From contig SYMT01000400.1 of the NCBI GenBank assembly GCA_005805375.1, forward strand, positions 1 through 45,669: a stretch of 45,669 bases of DNA, given 5' to 3'. The notes below the pieces were generated by a model, which did no database searches, was not told the origin of the DNA, and worked only from the letters and a program-made list of their open reading frames with translations. The DNA is from Actinomycetota bacterium (lineage in GTDB: Bacteria > Armatimonadota > SYMT01). Both the position numbers and the translations under genes were made by a program. How positions within the stretch are numbered: the first letter of the stretch is position 1; each line of letters opens with the position of its first letter. This document shows, piece by piece, positions 7,158 through 17,101 of the stretch.

Positions 7158-7859
7158 GTGAAGCTCCGCATCGAAGCCTTCCTTTCATCCACAGGAACGA
7201 AAGTCGTCATTGCCCTGACGGGCCTGGCGCTGTACGCCTTCCTGTTCGTCCACCTGGCCGGGAATATGATGTTCTTTGCCGGCCAGGACAAGTTCAACGC
7301 GTACTCGCACTACCTCATCAGCAATCCGCTGATCTATCCGGTAGAGATTGGGCTCGCGCTGATCTTCGTTCTACACCTGGTTCGGGCTGTGGGAAACTTC
7401 CACAAGAACCAGCGCGCTCGCCCAGTCCCGTACCACGCACAGGTTCCTGTGCGGCACACCAGCCGGAAATCTGTGGCCTCAACCACCATGATCTACACCG
7501 GCGTGCTCATTCTGGTGTTCGTGGGGATCCACCTGTTCCACTTCAAATTTGGGCCGGAACTCCACGTCAACGATGCAGCCGGCCAGCCGACGGACGTGAA
7601 GGATCTGCACGGCCTGATGGTGACGCAGTTCTCCAACCCGCTCATGGTCCTCTTCTACGTGGTGAGCATGCTCGTGGTCGGGACACACCTGTGGCACGGA
7701 AGTTGGAGCGCGCTGCAATCCTTGGGCGCCGGGAATGTTGCGTCCACGCCGCGGCTCGTTTCGACCGCGCGCATCGTCACGCTGGTGCTGATGGCGGGCT
7801 TCGTGCTCGTGCCCATTCTGATTTTCGCCTTCTACCGGGGCGCCGGAGGCACGCCGTGA
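7158..7859 (+). CDS. sdhC: Succinate dehydrogenase/fumarate reductase cytochrome b subunit (b558, single-subunit anchor type)
   Basis: The start is GTG 7158 with GGGAGA 6 nt upstream. It has 5 predicted TM helices with conserved His residues ([29 protein letters not shown]). Its stop overlaps the sdhA start as GTGA. Confidence 0.85.
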   Translation: MKLRIEAFLSSTGTKVVIALTGLALYAFLFVHLAGNMMFFAGQDKFNAYSHYLISNPLIYPVEIGLALIFVLHLVRAVGNFHKNQRARPVPYHAQVPVRHTSRKSVASTTMIYTGVLILVFVGIHLFHFKFGPELHVNDAAGQPTDVKDLHGLMVTQFSNPLMVLFYVVSMLVVGTHLWHGSWSALQSLGAGNVASTPRLVSTARIVTLVLMAGFVLVPILIFAFYRGAGGTP

Positions 7860-9769
7860 ACCTCGATCCTCACATCCCGTCCGGACCGCTGGCTGAAAAG
7901 TGGCACCGCCACCAGTTCGAGTGCAAGTTGGTAAATCCGGCGAATCGGCGGCGCTACACGATCATCATCGTGGGTACCGGACTCGCAGGCGCCGCCGCCG
8001 CTGCTGCTCTGGGCGAGTTGGGGTACAACGTCCTCTCGTTCTGCATCCAGGACAGTCCCCGGCGCGCCCATAGCATTGCCGCTCAGGGCGTGATCAACGC
8101 TGCCAAAAACTACTCAAACGACGGCGACTCCATTTGGCGACTGTTCTACGACACCATCAAAGGCGGGGACTACCGGGCGCGGGAAGCGAATGTGCATCGC
8201 CTCGCCCAGGTAAGTGTGGACATCATTGACCATTGCGTCGCCCAGGGTGTCCCGTTTGCCCGCGAGTACGGCGGTCTCCTCGACAATCGCTCCTTTGGCG
8301 GCGCTCAGGTCTCCCGTACGTTTTACTGCCGCGGCCAGACGGGGCAGCAGCTCCTGCTCGGCGCCTACCAGTCCATGATGTGCCAGGTCAACCGGGGGAC
8401 GGTGAAGGTATTCTCCCGCCGGGAGATGCTTGACCTGGTGGTCGCGGAGGGGCGCGCGCGCGGCATTGTTGTGCGCAACCTGACCACCGGGGAGTTGGAG
8501 TGCTACGAGGGGCATGCGGTGCTCCTGGCGACCGGCGGCTACGGCAATGCCTGGTACCTTTCGACCAACGCGGTCAATTCCAACGTGACCGCGGCTTATC
8601 GCTGTCATCGCCGCGGGGCCGGTTTTGCCAACCCGTGCTTTGCGCAGATCCACCCGACATGCATTCCGATGTCCGGCGACCATCAGTCCAAGCTGACGCT
8701 GATGAGTGAGAGTCTGCGCAATGACGGGCGGGTCTGGGTTCCGAAAACACAGGGCGACCGCCGCAAGCCCGCCGAGATTCCCGAGGCCGAGCGAGACTAC
8801 TTCCTGGAGCGCAAGTATCCCAGCTTTGGCAACCTCGTGCCCCGCGATGTGGCCTCGCGCAACGCCAAGGAAGTCTGCGACGACGGGCGGGGCGTTGGAG
8901 ACTCCGGTCTCTCGGTCTACCTGGATTTCTCGGATTCCATCCAGCGGCTGGGGCGGAACGCGATCGAAGAGAAGTATGGAAATCTGTTCCATATGTACCA
9001 GAAGATCACCGACGAGAACCCTTACGAATCTCCAATGCGCATCTACCCCGCCATTCACTACACGATGGGGGGGCTGTGGGTAGATTACAACCTGATGAGC
9101 ACTATCCCGGGGCTGCACGTGCTGGGAGAGGCAAACTTTTCCGATCACGGAGCCAATCGGCTGGGAGCCAGCGCGTTGATGCAGGGGCTGGCTGACGGCT
9201 ACTTCGTCATTCCGACCACCGTGGCGCACTACCTTGCCGGCATCCCACAGGCTCGGCTTTCCACAGATCACGAGGCGTTCCGGGATGTGAGTGCCGCCGT
9301 GCAGGCGCGCCTGGATCGGATGCTTCGCATCAGCGGTTCCCGTACCCCGCGGCAGTTCCATCGGGAACTCGGGAGAATCCTCTGGGACCAGGCGGGGATG
9401 TCGCGCAACGAGGCGGGGTTGAAGGATGCGCTGGCACGGATTCCGAAGCTGCGCGAGGAATTCTGGCAGGATGTCCGGGTGCCGGGCGAAGCAAACAACC
9501 TGAACCAGTCTCTGGAATACGCCGGCCGTGTCGCCGACTACCTGGAGTTCGGGGAGTTGATCGCGCGCGATGCGCTGGAACGCCGGGAGTCCTGCGGGGG
9601 CCACTTTCGTGAAGAAAGCCAGACTCCCGATAACGAAGCGATGCGCGATGATGCCCACTTCCAGCACGCGGCTGTGTGGGAGTACACCGGCGAAGGCAAA
9701 ACGCCGAACTTCCATAAGGAGCCGCTGGTGTTTGAGAACGTGACACCTACTCAGCGCAGTTACGCGTAG
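7856..9769 (+). CDS. sdhA: Succinate dehydrogenase/fumarate reductase flavoprotein subunit
   Basis: The N-terminal FAD fold is [21 protein letters not shown]. The covalent-FAD His context is [14 protein letters not shown]. About 637 aa counted from GTG 7856. Confidence 0.93.
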   Translation: MNLDPHIPSGPLAEKWHRHQFECKLVNPANRRRYTIIIVGTGLAGAAAAAALGELGYNVLSFCIQDSPRRAHSIAAQGVINAAKNYSNDGDSIWRLFYDTIKGGDYRAREANVHRLAQVSVDIIDHCVAQGVPFAREYGGLLDNRSFGGAQVSRTFYCRGQTGQQLLLGAYQSMMCQVNRGTVKVFSRREMLDLVVAEGRARGIVVRNLTTGELECYEGHAVLLATGGYGNAWYLSTNAVNSNVTAAYRCHRRGAGFANPCFAQIHPTCIPMSGDHQSKLTLMSESLRNDGRVWVPKTQGDRRKPAEIPEAERDYFLERKYPSFGNLVPRDVASRNAKEVCDDGRGVGDSGLSVYLDFSDSIQRLGRNAIEEKYGNLFHMYQKITDENPYESPMRIYPAIHYTMGGLWVDYNLMSTIPGLHVLGEANFSDHGANRLGASALMQGLADGYFVIPTTVAHYLAGIPQARLSTDHEAFRDVSAAVQARLDRMLRISGSRTPRQFHRELGRILWDQAGMSRNEAGLKDALARIPKLREEFWQDVRVPGEANNLNQSLEYAGRVADYLEFGELIARDALERRESCGGHFREESQTPDNEAMRDDAHFQHAAVWEYTGEGKTPNFHKEPLVFENVTPTQRSYA

Positions 9770-9811
9770 TCCGGCAGGGATTGAGTGATGAATGGTGGAT
9801 AATAGCGAACC

Positions 9812-10603
9812 ATGAACTTGAAGCTGCTGGTCTGGCGCCAGAAGGGTCCCCAAGCTCCCGGTCGGATGGTCGAGTACCCTGCCCCGGATGTTTCACCCGA
9901 CATGTCCTTCCTGGAAATGCTCGACGTGGTCAACGAAGGGCTGATCCGAAAGGGGGAAGATCCGATCGCCTTCGATTCGGACTGCCGTGAGGGGATCTGC
10001 GGCATGTGCAGCCTCGTGGTGAATGGCGTACCCCACGGGCCGGATCGGGCGGCCACGGTCTGCCAGTTGCACATGCGTCGCTTCCATGACGGAGAGACGA
10101 TCGTCGTGGAACCCTGGCGGGCCGCTGCCTTCCCGGTGGTGAAAGACCTGATCGTGGATCGGAGTGCGTTCGATCGCATCGTCGCAGCGGGCGGGTACAA
10201 CACGGTCAAGGCCGGGGGGGCGCCGGATGGCAACTCGATCCTGATCCCGAAGGATCAAGCCGAGCAGGCGATGGACGCAGCGCAGTGCATCGGCTGTGGC
10301 GCGTGTGTGGCTGCCTGCAAGAATGCATCCGCCGCCCTGTTTGTCTCCGCCAAGGTCCAGCACCTCGCTTCAGTGCCGCAGGGGCAACCGGAGCGCTACC
10401 GCCGCGTCCGGGCCATGATCGCGCAGTTGGATCGCGAAGGCTTCGGCAGTTGCTCCAACGAGGGGGAGTGCGAGGCCGTCTGTCCCAAGCAGATTCCCAT
10501 CGCGAATATTGCTGCAATGAACCGGGACTACGTCCGGGCGATGATGCCCGGCCCGCTGGCGCTGGCGCTGGGTGGGATCACCGAAGCGTTTGAAGACGAC
10601 TGA
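9812..10603 (+). CDS. sdhB: Succinate dehydrogenase/fumarate reductase iron-sulfur subunit
   Basis: Three Cys clusters are present: [28 protein letters not shown] and [16 protein letters not shown]. Confidence 0.93.
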   Translation: MNLKLLVWRQKGPQAPGRMVEYPAPDVSPDMSFLEMLDVVNEGLIRKGEDPIAFDSDCREGICGMCSLVVNGVPHGPDRAATVCQLHMRRFHDGETIVVEPWRAAAFPVVKDLIVDRSAFDRIVAAGGYNTVKAGGAPDGNSILIPKDQAEQAMDAAQCIGCGACVAACKNASAALFVSAKVQHLASVPQGQPERYRRVRAMIAQLDREGFGSCSNEGECEAVCPKQIPIANIAAMNRDYVRAMMPGPLALALGGITEAFEDD

Positions 10604-10739
10604 TCCGGTAGATCCACCATTTCGGTGCTTCCTACAGGGCGGGATGGGATCGGTGCCGGTTGCTACGGATTATGCAGCAGCCGAGTCCCGACGGCCCCGC
10701 CGCGAGGGAGTGTGAGAACTGGCTCTGTGCTGCTCCGTG

Positions 10740-10768
10740 AGCCCGAGGATGTACCACATCCTCGGGCT
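10740..10768 (+). terminator. Strong GC-rich hairpin downstream of sdhB (possible operon terminator)
   Basis: AGCCCGAGGATGT-ACC-ACATCCTCGGGCT forms a 13-bp perfect stem, followed by TGCGCTTTGG. It lies 137 nt after the sdhB stop. Confidence 0.45.
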
Positions 10769-11216
10769 TGCGCTTTGGTCCGGCCGAACCGGATAGAGGG
10801 TGCATTTCGAGCGGGCAGGCTATCGGCAGAAAGATCATCTTGCGCAAGCTGCTCCCGCCGGCCGGTCGTCCGGAGTGGATGAGCGGAATGTGGAAACTAC
10901 GCGCCTCCGGCAGGTGCGCGCGAGTGCGATGCCGGAGATCCGGGTCCGCGATCGCTGCCCGTTTGAGGTCGAGTCTCCAGGTGCTTCCCGTTGCGCTCGG
11001 AGCGTTTTCATCGGCGGCATACGGCAGCGGGCCCGCTGCCCGGAGGCAGAACGAGCGCCCGCCACTTGATTCCCGTGAGGAGCCTGCGGCGTCCCGCCGC
11101 CACCGTGGATGGAAGTATCCGCCCTACCGGCGTTTCCGTTGTAGAACTGTCTGGAAGCGGAATCACAGGAGCCCACAGGGACCAGCACCTCCCCCGTCTC
11201 GCCGAATGTACATTCC

Positions 11217-13256
11217 ATGAATGGCCTGACCCTCGCCCGTTGGATGATCGCGAGCGCTCTGTTTGTGGCAGTCCCCACCATTGCTCAGACCCCCGGCAAT
11301 GCACCTGCACCGGAAGACTCGCTTCGTCCGAAGAAAAAGCCCCCTCCGGTGAATATGTTGATCACCGTGGGGCAGCGGAATCTCGTTCGCGTGGGTGAGC
11401 CGATGCCTGTAAGGGTAGTGCTCGACAACCTCGGACCACCGGTCACCGCGCGCCTCGAAGTGAACGACGGCCGCGGGCACGGGACCGAGGCGTTGGTCGA
11501 ACTGCCTCGCGGAGCGCATCAGGTCTACACAATGTATGCGCCCCTGCACCCGGAAATGGGCGCCGATCGCTCCGGGGTGCTCGACGTTCGATTGATGGAT
11601 GGGTTCCGCACGCTTGCCCGTGAGGCGGTCCGCCCGCGGTTCCTCGACCAGCAGAAGCTGCTCCTGTCGTGCAGCGCGGATGATTCCGGCCTTCAGTTCT
11701 TTCATCAAGAAGATGGGTCGGGCGATCCATCCGCGCCGCCGGCGTACGCGGTTGCGCACCTGTTGCCACTGGACATGCCGCGCGAGTGGGCCGGTTACCG
11801 GCCTGCATCGGTAGCCGTGATCAACGGACGCGCCTGGCAGGAGATGGATGACGAGCAGCGCCGGGCGATGCGCATCTGGATCGAGCGCGGGGGACGGGCC
11901 ATCCTGTGCGGCGAAACGTCCACCGAATGGCGAGATCCGGAAGGTCGCTCGCTGGCGCCTATCACAGTGGAACGCCTGACACCCGACCCGGAACTCGGCT
12001 GTACGCGCCGATTTGCCGGCCGTCCCTTCCGCGTGAACGTGGGCGCGATCCAGACCGTGACGGGTCCGGTCCGGCATGGGGGAGGGGTGCTCCTGGAAGA
12101 AGAGGGCCGCCCACTGTGCGTGTTGCGTCCGGCGGTGGGCGGAGCGGTGCTCTGGCTCGGATTCGACCCCATGCGTACCGGCTTCCGGGAATGGGAAGGC
12201 GCCCCTGCGATGTGGAAGTGGGCGCTCCGCCAGGTTACCCTGGCAACCCCGGCGCTGCGCGAGGTTGCAGTAGAGACCCTCACACCCGTGCGGTCGGCGG
12301 CGGGGGCGCTGCCCCGGCTGCCCGCTCCGCCGCTGCCGGTGATTGTCGGCTTCGGCATCCTGTACGCACTCATTTTCGGACCGCTCAATCTCTGGATGCT
12401 GCGGCGGCTGCGGCGGACCGTCCGCTCCTGGCTCTGGATGCCGTCGCTGGCGGGCGGGATGACTGTTGTCGTCCTGGCGCTGGGCCAGATCTGGGGCCAG
12501 GCGCGCACCGTGCTGAACCGGGTGTCGGTACTTTCCACGGTTGGGGGTAGTCGCACCGCTTCCGAGCGGGCGATTCTTGGTCTCTTCAGTCCGACCAACC
12601 GCACCTTCCAGTTGTCCGTGGACGAAGTTTCCCCGAAGCTCGTTGATCTGGGCGACTCTACCTCGTCTGTGTTGTCCCATGTGGCGCCTTCGGTTCCTTA
12701 CGGAGTGTTCGGCGCCACTCGTCAAAGAGAGGAAGTGGTTCAGGGTCCGTTTGACTGGCCCCGCAGACAAGGAGACGGGGTCACCCGCTGGAATGATGTG
12801 GCGCTGCAACTTTTCTCCGTGCGCTATCTTTTGGAGGAGCGCCCCCGGGACCTGGGCGGCACGTTTGAGGTTGCTCTCGTCGGCAAGGATCGCATCACCG
12901 TGTCGAACACCACCCTGATCGGAGTCAGGGATGCCTATCTGTGCCGCGGTGGGCGCTTCGCCTGGATCGGCGACCTGGGCATCAGGGCAACCGCACGAGT
13001 AGCAGCGCGGGACTGGCAAGCATCCCTGAAGGGGCGCGGCTCAACGATCGCGTCGTCCTCCGAAACGCTCGTGGAACGCATCCAGTTCCAGCAGCAGTTT
13101 CAGGAATTCTGGCGTTCCGCTCCCCGGCTGGTAGGTGGGGGTGGTAGCGATCATCTGTGGCTCGTCGGACGCAGCCCGGACCTGACGGGAGGCCTTGACG
13201 TTGCCGGCACCCCTTACAGTAATCGGGACACCCTGGTAGTGGTACGGCTGCGTTAG
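11217..13256 (+). CDS. Large secreted/membrane-anchored hypothetical protein
   Basis: 679 aa. The signal peptide is MNGLTLARWMIASALFVAVPTIAQT. A central TM hairpin lies at about aa 385-445 (PVIVGFGILYALIFGPLNLWML ... LAGGMTVVVLALGQIW). The segment MRIWIERGGRAILCGE is reminiscent of GATase1-like or GldG-like auxiliary domains, but that is a weak resemblance. Confidence 0.75.
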   Translation: MNGLTLARWMIASALFVAVPTIAQTPGNAPAPEDSLRPKKKPPPVNMLITVGQRNLVRVGEPMPVRVVLDNLGPPVTARLEVNDGRGHGTEALVELPRGAHQVYTMYAPLHPEMGADRSGVLDVRLMDGFRTLAREAVRPRFLDQQKLLLSCSADDSGLQFFHQEDGSGDPSAPPAYAVAHLLPLDMPREWAGYRPASVAVINGRAWQEMDDEQRRAMRIWIERGGRAILCGETSTEWRDPEGRSLAPITVERLTPDPELGCTRRFAGRPFRVNVGAIQTVTGPVRHGGGVLLEEEGRPLCVLRPAVGGAVLWLGFDPMRTGFREWEGAPAMWKWALRQVTLATPALREVAVETLTPVRSAAGALPRLPAPPLPVIVGFGILYALIFGPLNLWMLRRLRRTVRSWLWMPSLAGGMTVVVLALGQIWGQARTVLNRVSVLSTVGGSRTASERAILGLFSPTNRTFQLSVDEVSPKLVDLGDSTSSVLSHVAPSVPYGVFGATRQREEVVQGPFDWPRRQGDGVTRWNDVALQLFSVRYLLEERPRDLGGTFEVALVGKDRITVSNTTLIGVRDAYLCRGGRFAWIGDLGIRATARVAARDWQASLKGRGSTIASSSETLVERIQFQQQFQEFWRSAPRLVGGGGSDHLWLVGRSPDLTGGLDVAGTPYSNRDTLVVVRLR

Positions 13257-13308
13257 CCGGAAAATGTGAGGGGCAGGGATACCATGGGTAAAGAACATCG
13301 CACATCGT

Positions 13309-15039
13309 GTGGGGGGTAGCGTGAAGAACATGGGAGGGGTCCGTGTGCGCATTTCTGAGTTGGGCTCCCGGCTGACCCAGACCGCGGTCCAGAAGATGGA
13401 CGAGGCCGTCCGTGTGATTGAGTGGCGGCGGTATGTGCGGACCCTGTCTTCCGGACGCCTGCCCGTGCTTTACGCGGTGGGGATTTTTGTCGCTGCCACA
13501 TTGCTCGCTCCCGCACTGCTGGCGGGCGGGGGGCTGATTGCCGGCAGCTACCCGATAGACTCATACAGGGGCTGGTTTCCTGGAGTATTGTTTGTTGTGT
13601 GTGGGCTCGGCGCCATCGTCGCCGCCTATCTGCGCGTCCAGGCGTTGTGGCAGCAGGAACGGCGGGTGCAGGGCATCCTCGCCTGGCTGCTCACCCGCCA
13701 ACAGCCCGCCCGGGTCTGCGTCACCACGATGCTCATGGCAGCCGCCCTTGGCATCCTTCTCGTGCTGCCACCTTTGGTATTCGCGTGTATCTGCGCAGTG
13801 TTCGGTCGGGTCGCCTGGTGGCAACTCCCGCTCGCACTGGTGCAGGTGGTGGGGTGCGCCCTCGTCGGGGCAGCTCTGGGCGCAGCCAACTTCTTTGTGG
13901 GGTATCAGTTGGTGCGGCCCCGGTGGTGCCTCCCGGGCCTGGTGATGCTCGCCGGGGTTGTCCTGGCAATCTGGTTTGGGATTGAGGCCCAGGAGGGCGG
14001 CTGGCGGCGCGGTTGGGAAGAGCATCCGGGTCGCATCGGGCGCGCGCTTCTCTATGTCACCCCTGTCCCCACGGTCTTCAGCGCCCTGGCTCCCGGTTGG
14101 TGGTCCCATCTCGCGCGTCCGAGCCTCCCGCTGCACTTGCAGGCCGGGCAGGCGGGGCTGGTGCAAGTGGGGTGGCTGTTCTGTGTGGGGGGCTACTGTG
14201 CCTGGCTCTCGGTGCGGGGCTACCTCAGGCTGGTGGAAGATCCGGATCGCCTGGAGGCGCGACCGCGGAGTCAGCAGGTCGAGGGCGGGCAGGAGTTCTA
14301 CTGGCAGGGTTTCCGCAACCCTGTGTTGACCCGCGACATCCGCACTCGCCTGCGTGAGAAGGAGACCGCCGAGTTCATCGGATTCGCTTCCATTGCCGTG
14401 GCTGCCGGAGCGTTCGTGCCCCTGGTGCTCACGGCATCCGACCTGGCGGACCCGCTGCAAACCGCGGCCGCCGCCCGGGAAGTTTTTTTCTGGCTCACCA
14501 TGACGCTCGTGGCCCTCGTTACCCTGATCGGACCGGGCCTGACCTCCGACGTCATCACCCAGGAACGGGAGCGCGGTTCGCTGGAATTACTGATCAGCAC
14601 CCCGCTCCGGGCCGGAGACATCCTGAAGGGAAAGCTGCTTGGGGCGGTGGGCGTGGTGCTGTTGCTCGTCAGCCCCTCGCTGCCGCTTTTCGGCCTCTGC
14701 TACTTGTTCCACGGCGCGTCGGGTCCCCAGGTGTTTGGGGTACTGTCGCTGGTGGTGCTCACCGCGGTGGCCTGCTGCTTCATCGGGTTGATGCAGTCTG
14801 CGATCAACGGTCGGGCGGGAATGGCCAAGTTCTGGGCCTACGCCACCACCGCGCTGTTCGTGGCATTTCCGGGCGGTCCTTTCTGGGTTGCGGCCGCGCT
14901 TGCTGCCTCACAGGCGGAACTACGACAGTCTCTCGGACAGGGGAACGCGGTAGCGGTAGTCATCGGGATCGTGTGGACGTTTGTCTTTGCTCTGTTCTGG
15001 GGAAATGCGCGGGAGCAACTCGAATATGTTGAGCATTGA
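13309..15039 (+). CDS. Polytopic membrane protein; the C-terminal half is an ABC-2 (NosY/GldF-like) permease domain
   Basis: 576 aa. The hallmarks FRNPVLTRDIRTRLREKE and ITQERERGSLELLISTPLRAGDILKGK sit in the C-terminal half, preceded by a roughly 330-aa multi-TM extension. The start is uncertain (GTG 13309 or ATG 13330). Confidence 0.75.
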   Translation: MGGSVKNMGGVRVRISELGSRLTQTAVQKMDEAVRVIEWRRYVRTLSSGRLPVLYAVGIFVAATLLAPALLAGGGLIAGSYPIDSYRGWFPGVLFVVCGLGAIVAAYLRVQALWQQERRVQGILAWLLTRQQPARVCVTTMLMAAALGILLVLPPLVFACICAVFGRVAWWQLPLALVQVVGCALVGAALGAANFFVGYQLVRPRWCLPGLVMLAGVVLAIWFGIEAQEGGWRRGWEEHPGRIGRALLYVTPVPTVFSALAPGWWSHLARPSLPLHLQAGQAGLVQVGWLFCVGGYCAWLSVRGYLRLVEDPDRLEARPRSQQVEGGQEFYWQGFRNPVLTRDIRTRLREKETAEFIGFASIAVAAGAFVPLVLTASDLADPLQTAAAAREVFFWLTMTLVALVTLIGPGLTSDVITQERERGSLELLISTPLRAGDILKGKLLGAVGVVLLLVSPSLPLFGLCYLFHGASGPQVFGVLSLVVLTAVACCFIGLMQSAINGRAGMAKFWAYATTALFVAFPGGPFWVAAALAASQAELRQSLGQGNAVAVVIGIVWTFVFALFWGNAREQLEYVEH

Positions 15040-15946
15040 GCGGCGAATCGTCCTGGCTGCAGCCCTGGGCCTCGGACTCAGTGGTTGTACGCGACCGGAT
15101 CCCTGGGCCGGCATCTCGGACGCCAGGTTTGCGGAACTGGAGGGACACCGCGCGCGCGGTCTCGCCGCCCTCGACCGGGGCCGGTCCGGCGCCCCGGAGG
15201 CGGTGCGTGAATTCCAGGCAATCCGTCGCCTGGCCCCCCGTCTGGCCCTGGGCCACCTGAATTGTGCTGTGGCGTTCCTGCTCGGCGGCTCTCCGGGTGA
15301 AGCCCAGGGCGCGGCCCGCGATGCGCTGGAGTTGATGCCCAGTATGGCGCTGCCTCGCATGGTGATGGCTCGTGCGATGGAGGCTACGGTCATCAACCAG
15401 CTCGGGGAACACGTCGGGCCGCGCCGTTTCTCGAAGGACCGGACCCCTTTCTGGGTGACCGGCCTCGAAAAAGTAGATGAGGCTGCCACGCTGGGCTTCG
15501 AATACGCCTCCCGTGGGGAGCCGAACAATCCGCGGGCGCTGGCGATGTATATGGATCGCCTTGCGCGTCTAGGGGTGAAGGACATCGAGAAGCGCCTCTA
15601 CCCGCGCCGCCGCCGCCTGGCTCAGTTGGCTCCCAACGACCCCGCCGCCCGTTTCGCGTGGTTCACGTCACTCGTCGAGCGGGACCACTACCCCGAGGCT
15701 CTGGTCGAACTGGATCGTGCGCTCGCCACCCTCCCCAAACCGGAGGCCGTCCAGGGTCCCGCCCTCACCCGTCTGCGCGCCTCCCTCCAGGCAGGGCATC
15801 CCGATGCCGAACGCAACCTGGTCGCGTTCCAACAAGTCCTCCAGGCCCAGCCGGAGTACGTCCGTGCCGTCCGTGCCCTTTTCGGCGATACTGCCCACCC
15901 CGAGGATCTGGCCCTCCGCGAATGGGATGTGAAACGGCTGGAGTAG
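15026..15946 (+). CDS. Helical-repeat (TPR-like) lipoprotein
   Basis: ATG 15026 has GGGAG 10 nt upstream and overlaps the upstream gene by 14 nt. The lipobox is MLSIERRIVLAAALGLGLSGC. The remainder is Ala/Leu/Arg-rich and helical. Confidence 0.7.
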   Translation: MLSIERRIVLAAALGLGLSGCTRPDPWAGISDARFAELEGHRARGLAALDRGRSGAPEAVREFQAIRRLAPRLALGHLNCAVAFLLGGSPGEAQGAARDALELMPSMALPRMVMARAMEATVINQLGEHVGPRRFSKDRTPFWVTGLEKVDEAATLGFEYASRGEPNNPRALAMYMDRLARLGVKDIEKRLYPRRRRLAQLAPNDPAARFAWFTSLVERDHYPEALVELDRALATLPKPEAVQGPALTRLRASLQAGHPDAERNLVAFQQVLQAQPEYVRAVRALFGDTAHPEDLALREWDVKRLE

Positions 15947-16104
15947 GGGGAACAGACGAGGAAAGAGTGAAGAGAAGTGCGGCGTGAGTTGGGGATTCCG
16001 TGCCTGCACTTGGTTTTCGCTTGCCTCTCCCTTTCCGCAGCGGGGGGCATCGCGTCAACGCCTCAATCAGTTCGTGGACCGGAACCTACCGTGAAGACAG
16101 AGGT

Positions 16105-16135
16105 GAGACCGGCCGGGCACTGGCCGACCGGTCTC
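16105..16135. terminator. Hairpin between convergent genes
   Basis: GAGACCGGCCGG / CCGACCGGTCTC forms a 12-bp stem with one mismatch and a 7-nt loop. There is no T-tract. Confidence 0.35.
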
Positions 16136-16164
16136 GTGCGCGTGCGTCAATGAACCGGTCGAGG

Positions 16165-16952
16165 TCACGGCTGCCCCGCGAACACGCGCCACAGGCTGCC
16201 GTCCACCCGTACCCGGTCGTAGTTCAGTGTCTTTACATGACCATCGGCGAAGAGGCAGTTCAGGTTGCCCTGGTGGCGGGCCTTCCCCAACTGAATGGCC
16301 TCGGCATCAGACGGGGCTTGCGCACTTCCGCCGGTCCAGCGGAACAGGTATGAATTCCCGAGGTGCTTCCAGTATTCCGGATAGGTAGTAGTGGTCAGCA
16401 TCCGCTGGCCCAGGAAGGAAGCACCGTAGTAGCTGCCGTCCGTCAGGATCAACGTGTCGGCCGACCGCTCGAACTGTGCCAGGGGCAGGCCTAGATCGGC
16501 CGGGAAACAATAGAGGGTGTTTGCTGCGTAGGAATTCTGGCCCCGTGGCTCCAGAATGCAGGTTCGGTGTCGGATCCCGCCGGATCAATGTTCACCCAGG
16601 CGCCCGGCTTCGACGGGCACTTCCAGACCCCGTTATTCTTGATGTACGGCGCCAGAAGTTGATTGAAGAACGAGCGGCCCCCCGCGTTAGCGGAAACACG
16701 GGGCTGTCCGGCAAACGGGTTCACCGCGCGCGTGCGGTACGGGAAGAGGACCTCATCGTAGTCCTGGGCATACATCTGCATTGCTGTGCCGATCTGGCGC
16801 AGGTTGGACGTGCAGGTGATCGAACGCGCTTTCTTGCGCGCCTGTGCGAAGACCGGGAAGAGGATGGCAGCGAGTATGGCAATGATCGCTAGGACCACTA
16901 GCAGCTCGATGAGCGTGAAGCCGGCGCGCCGGCGGTGTGAGTGGAGGGGCAT
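16165..16952 (-). pseudogene. Prepilin-type N-terminal cleavage/methylation protein with an H-X9-DG C-terminal domain (DUF1559-like), frameshifted
   Basis: ATG 16952 has AGGAG upstream. The N-terminal part (16491-16952) reads [43 protein letters not shown]. The C-terminal domain ...RHQGNLNCLFADGHVKTL lies in another frame (16165-16584). The two frames overlap as open reading only within 16494-16584. Confidence 0.8.
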
Positions 16953-17101
16953 CGGTGTGTTTCTCCTTGTGGGGCGGACGGGAAACGCAGGAAACCTGCT
17001 CTGCGGGCAATTTCCCTCGACCCTGGGACATTGTCTCGGGCCGGGCTTGCGCACGGGTGACACAAAGACTAAGACTCCCTTAATTTCCACTGATTCCGGC
17101 C

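Noticed and set aside
8114-9853. 579-aa minus-strand ORF opposite sdhA. Similar long antisense ORFs occur at 11163-13019, 37377-38843, 39665-41815 and 44630-45598.
   Set aside because: Each lies opposite a gene with unambiguous family motifs. The compositions are low-complexity (R/P/G/A-rich), and none has an SD or recognisable domain. This is the expected result of stop-codon depletion in GC-rich antisense frames.
10604-11216. Known structured RNAs (RNase P, tmRNA, SRP, 6S, cobalamin or c-di-GMP riboswitch) in the long gap
   Set aside because: None of the conserved cores I know (GGAAAGUCC, the tmRNA termini, the SRP GGAA/AGCA loop, the B12 box in context) is present. Only a loose CCCGCCACTT fragment was seen.
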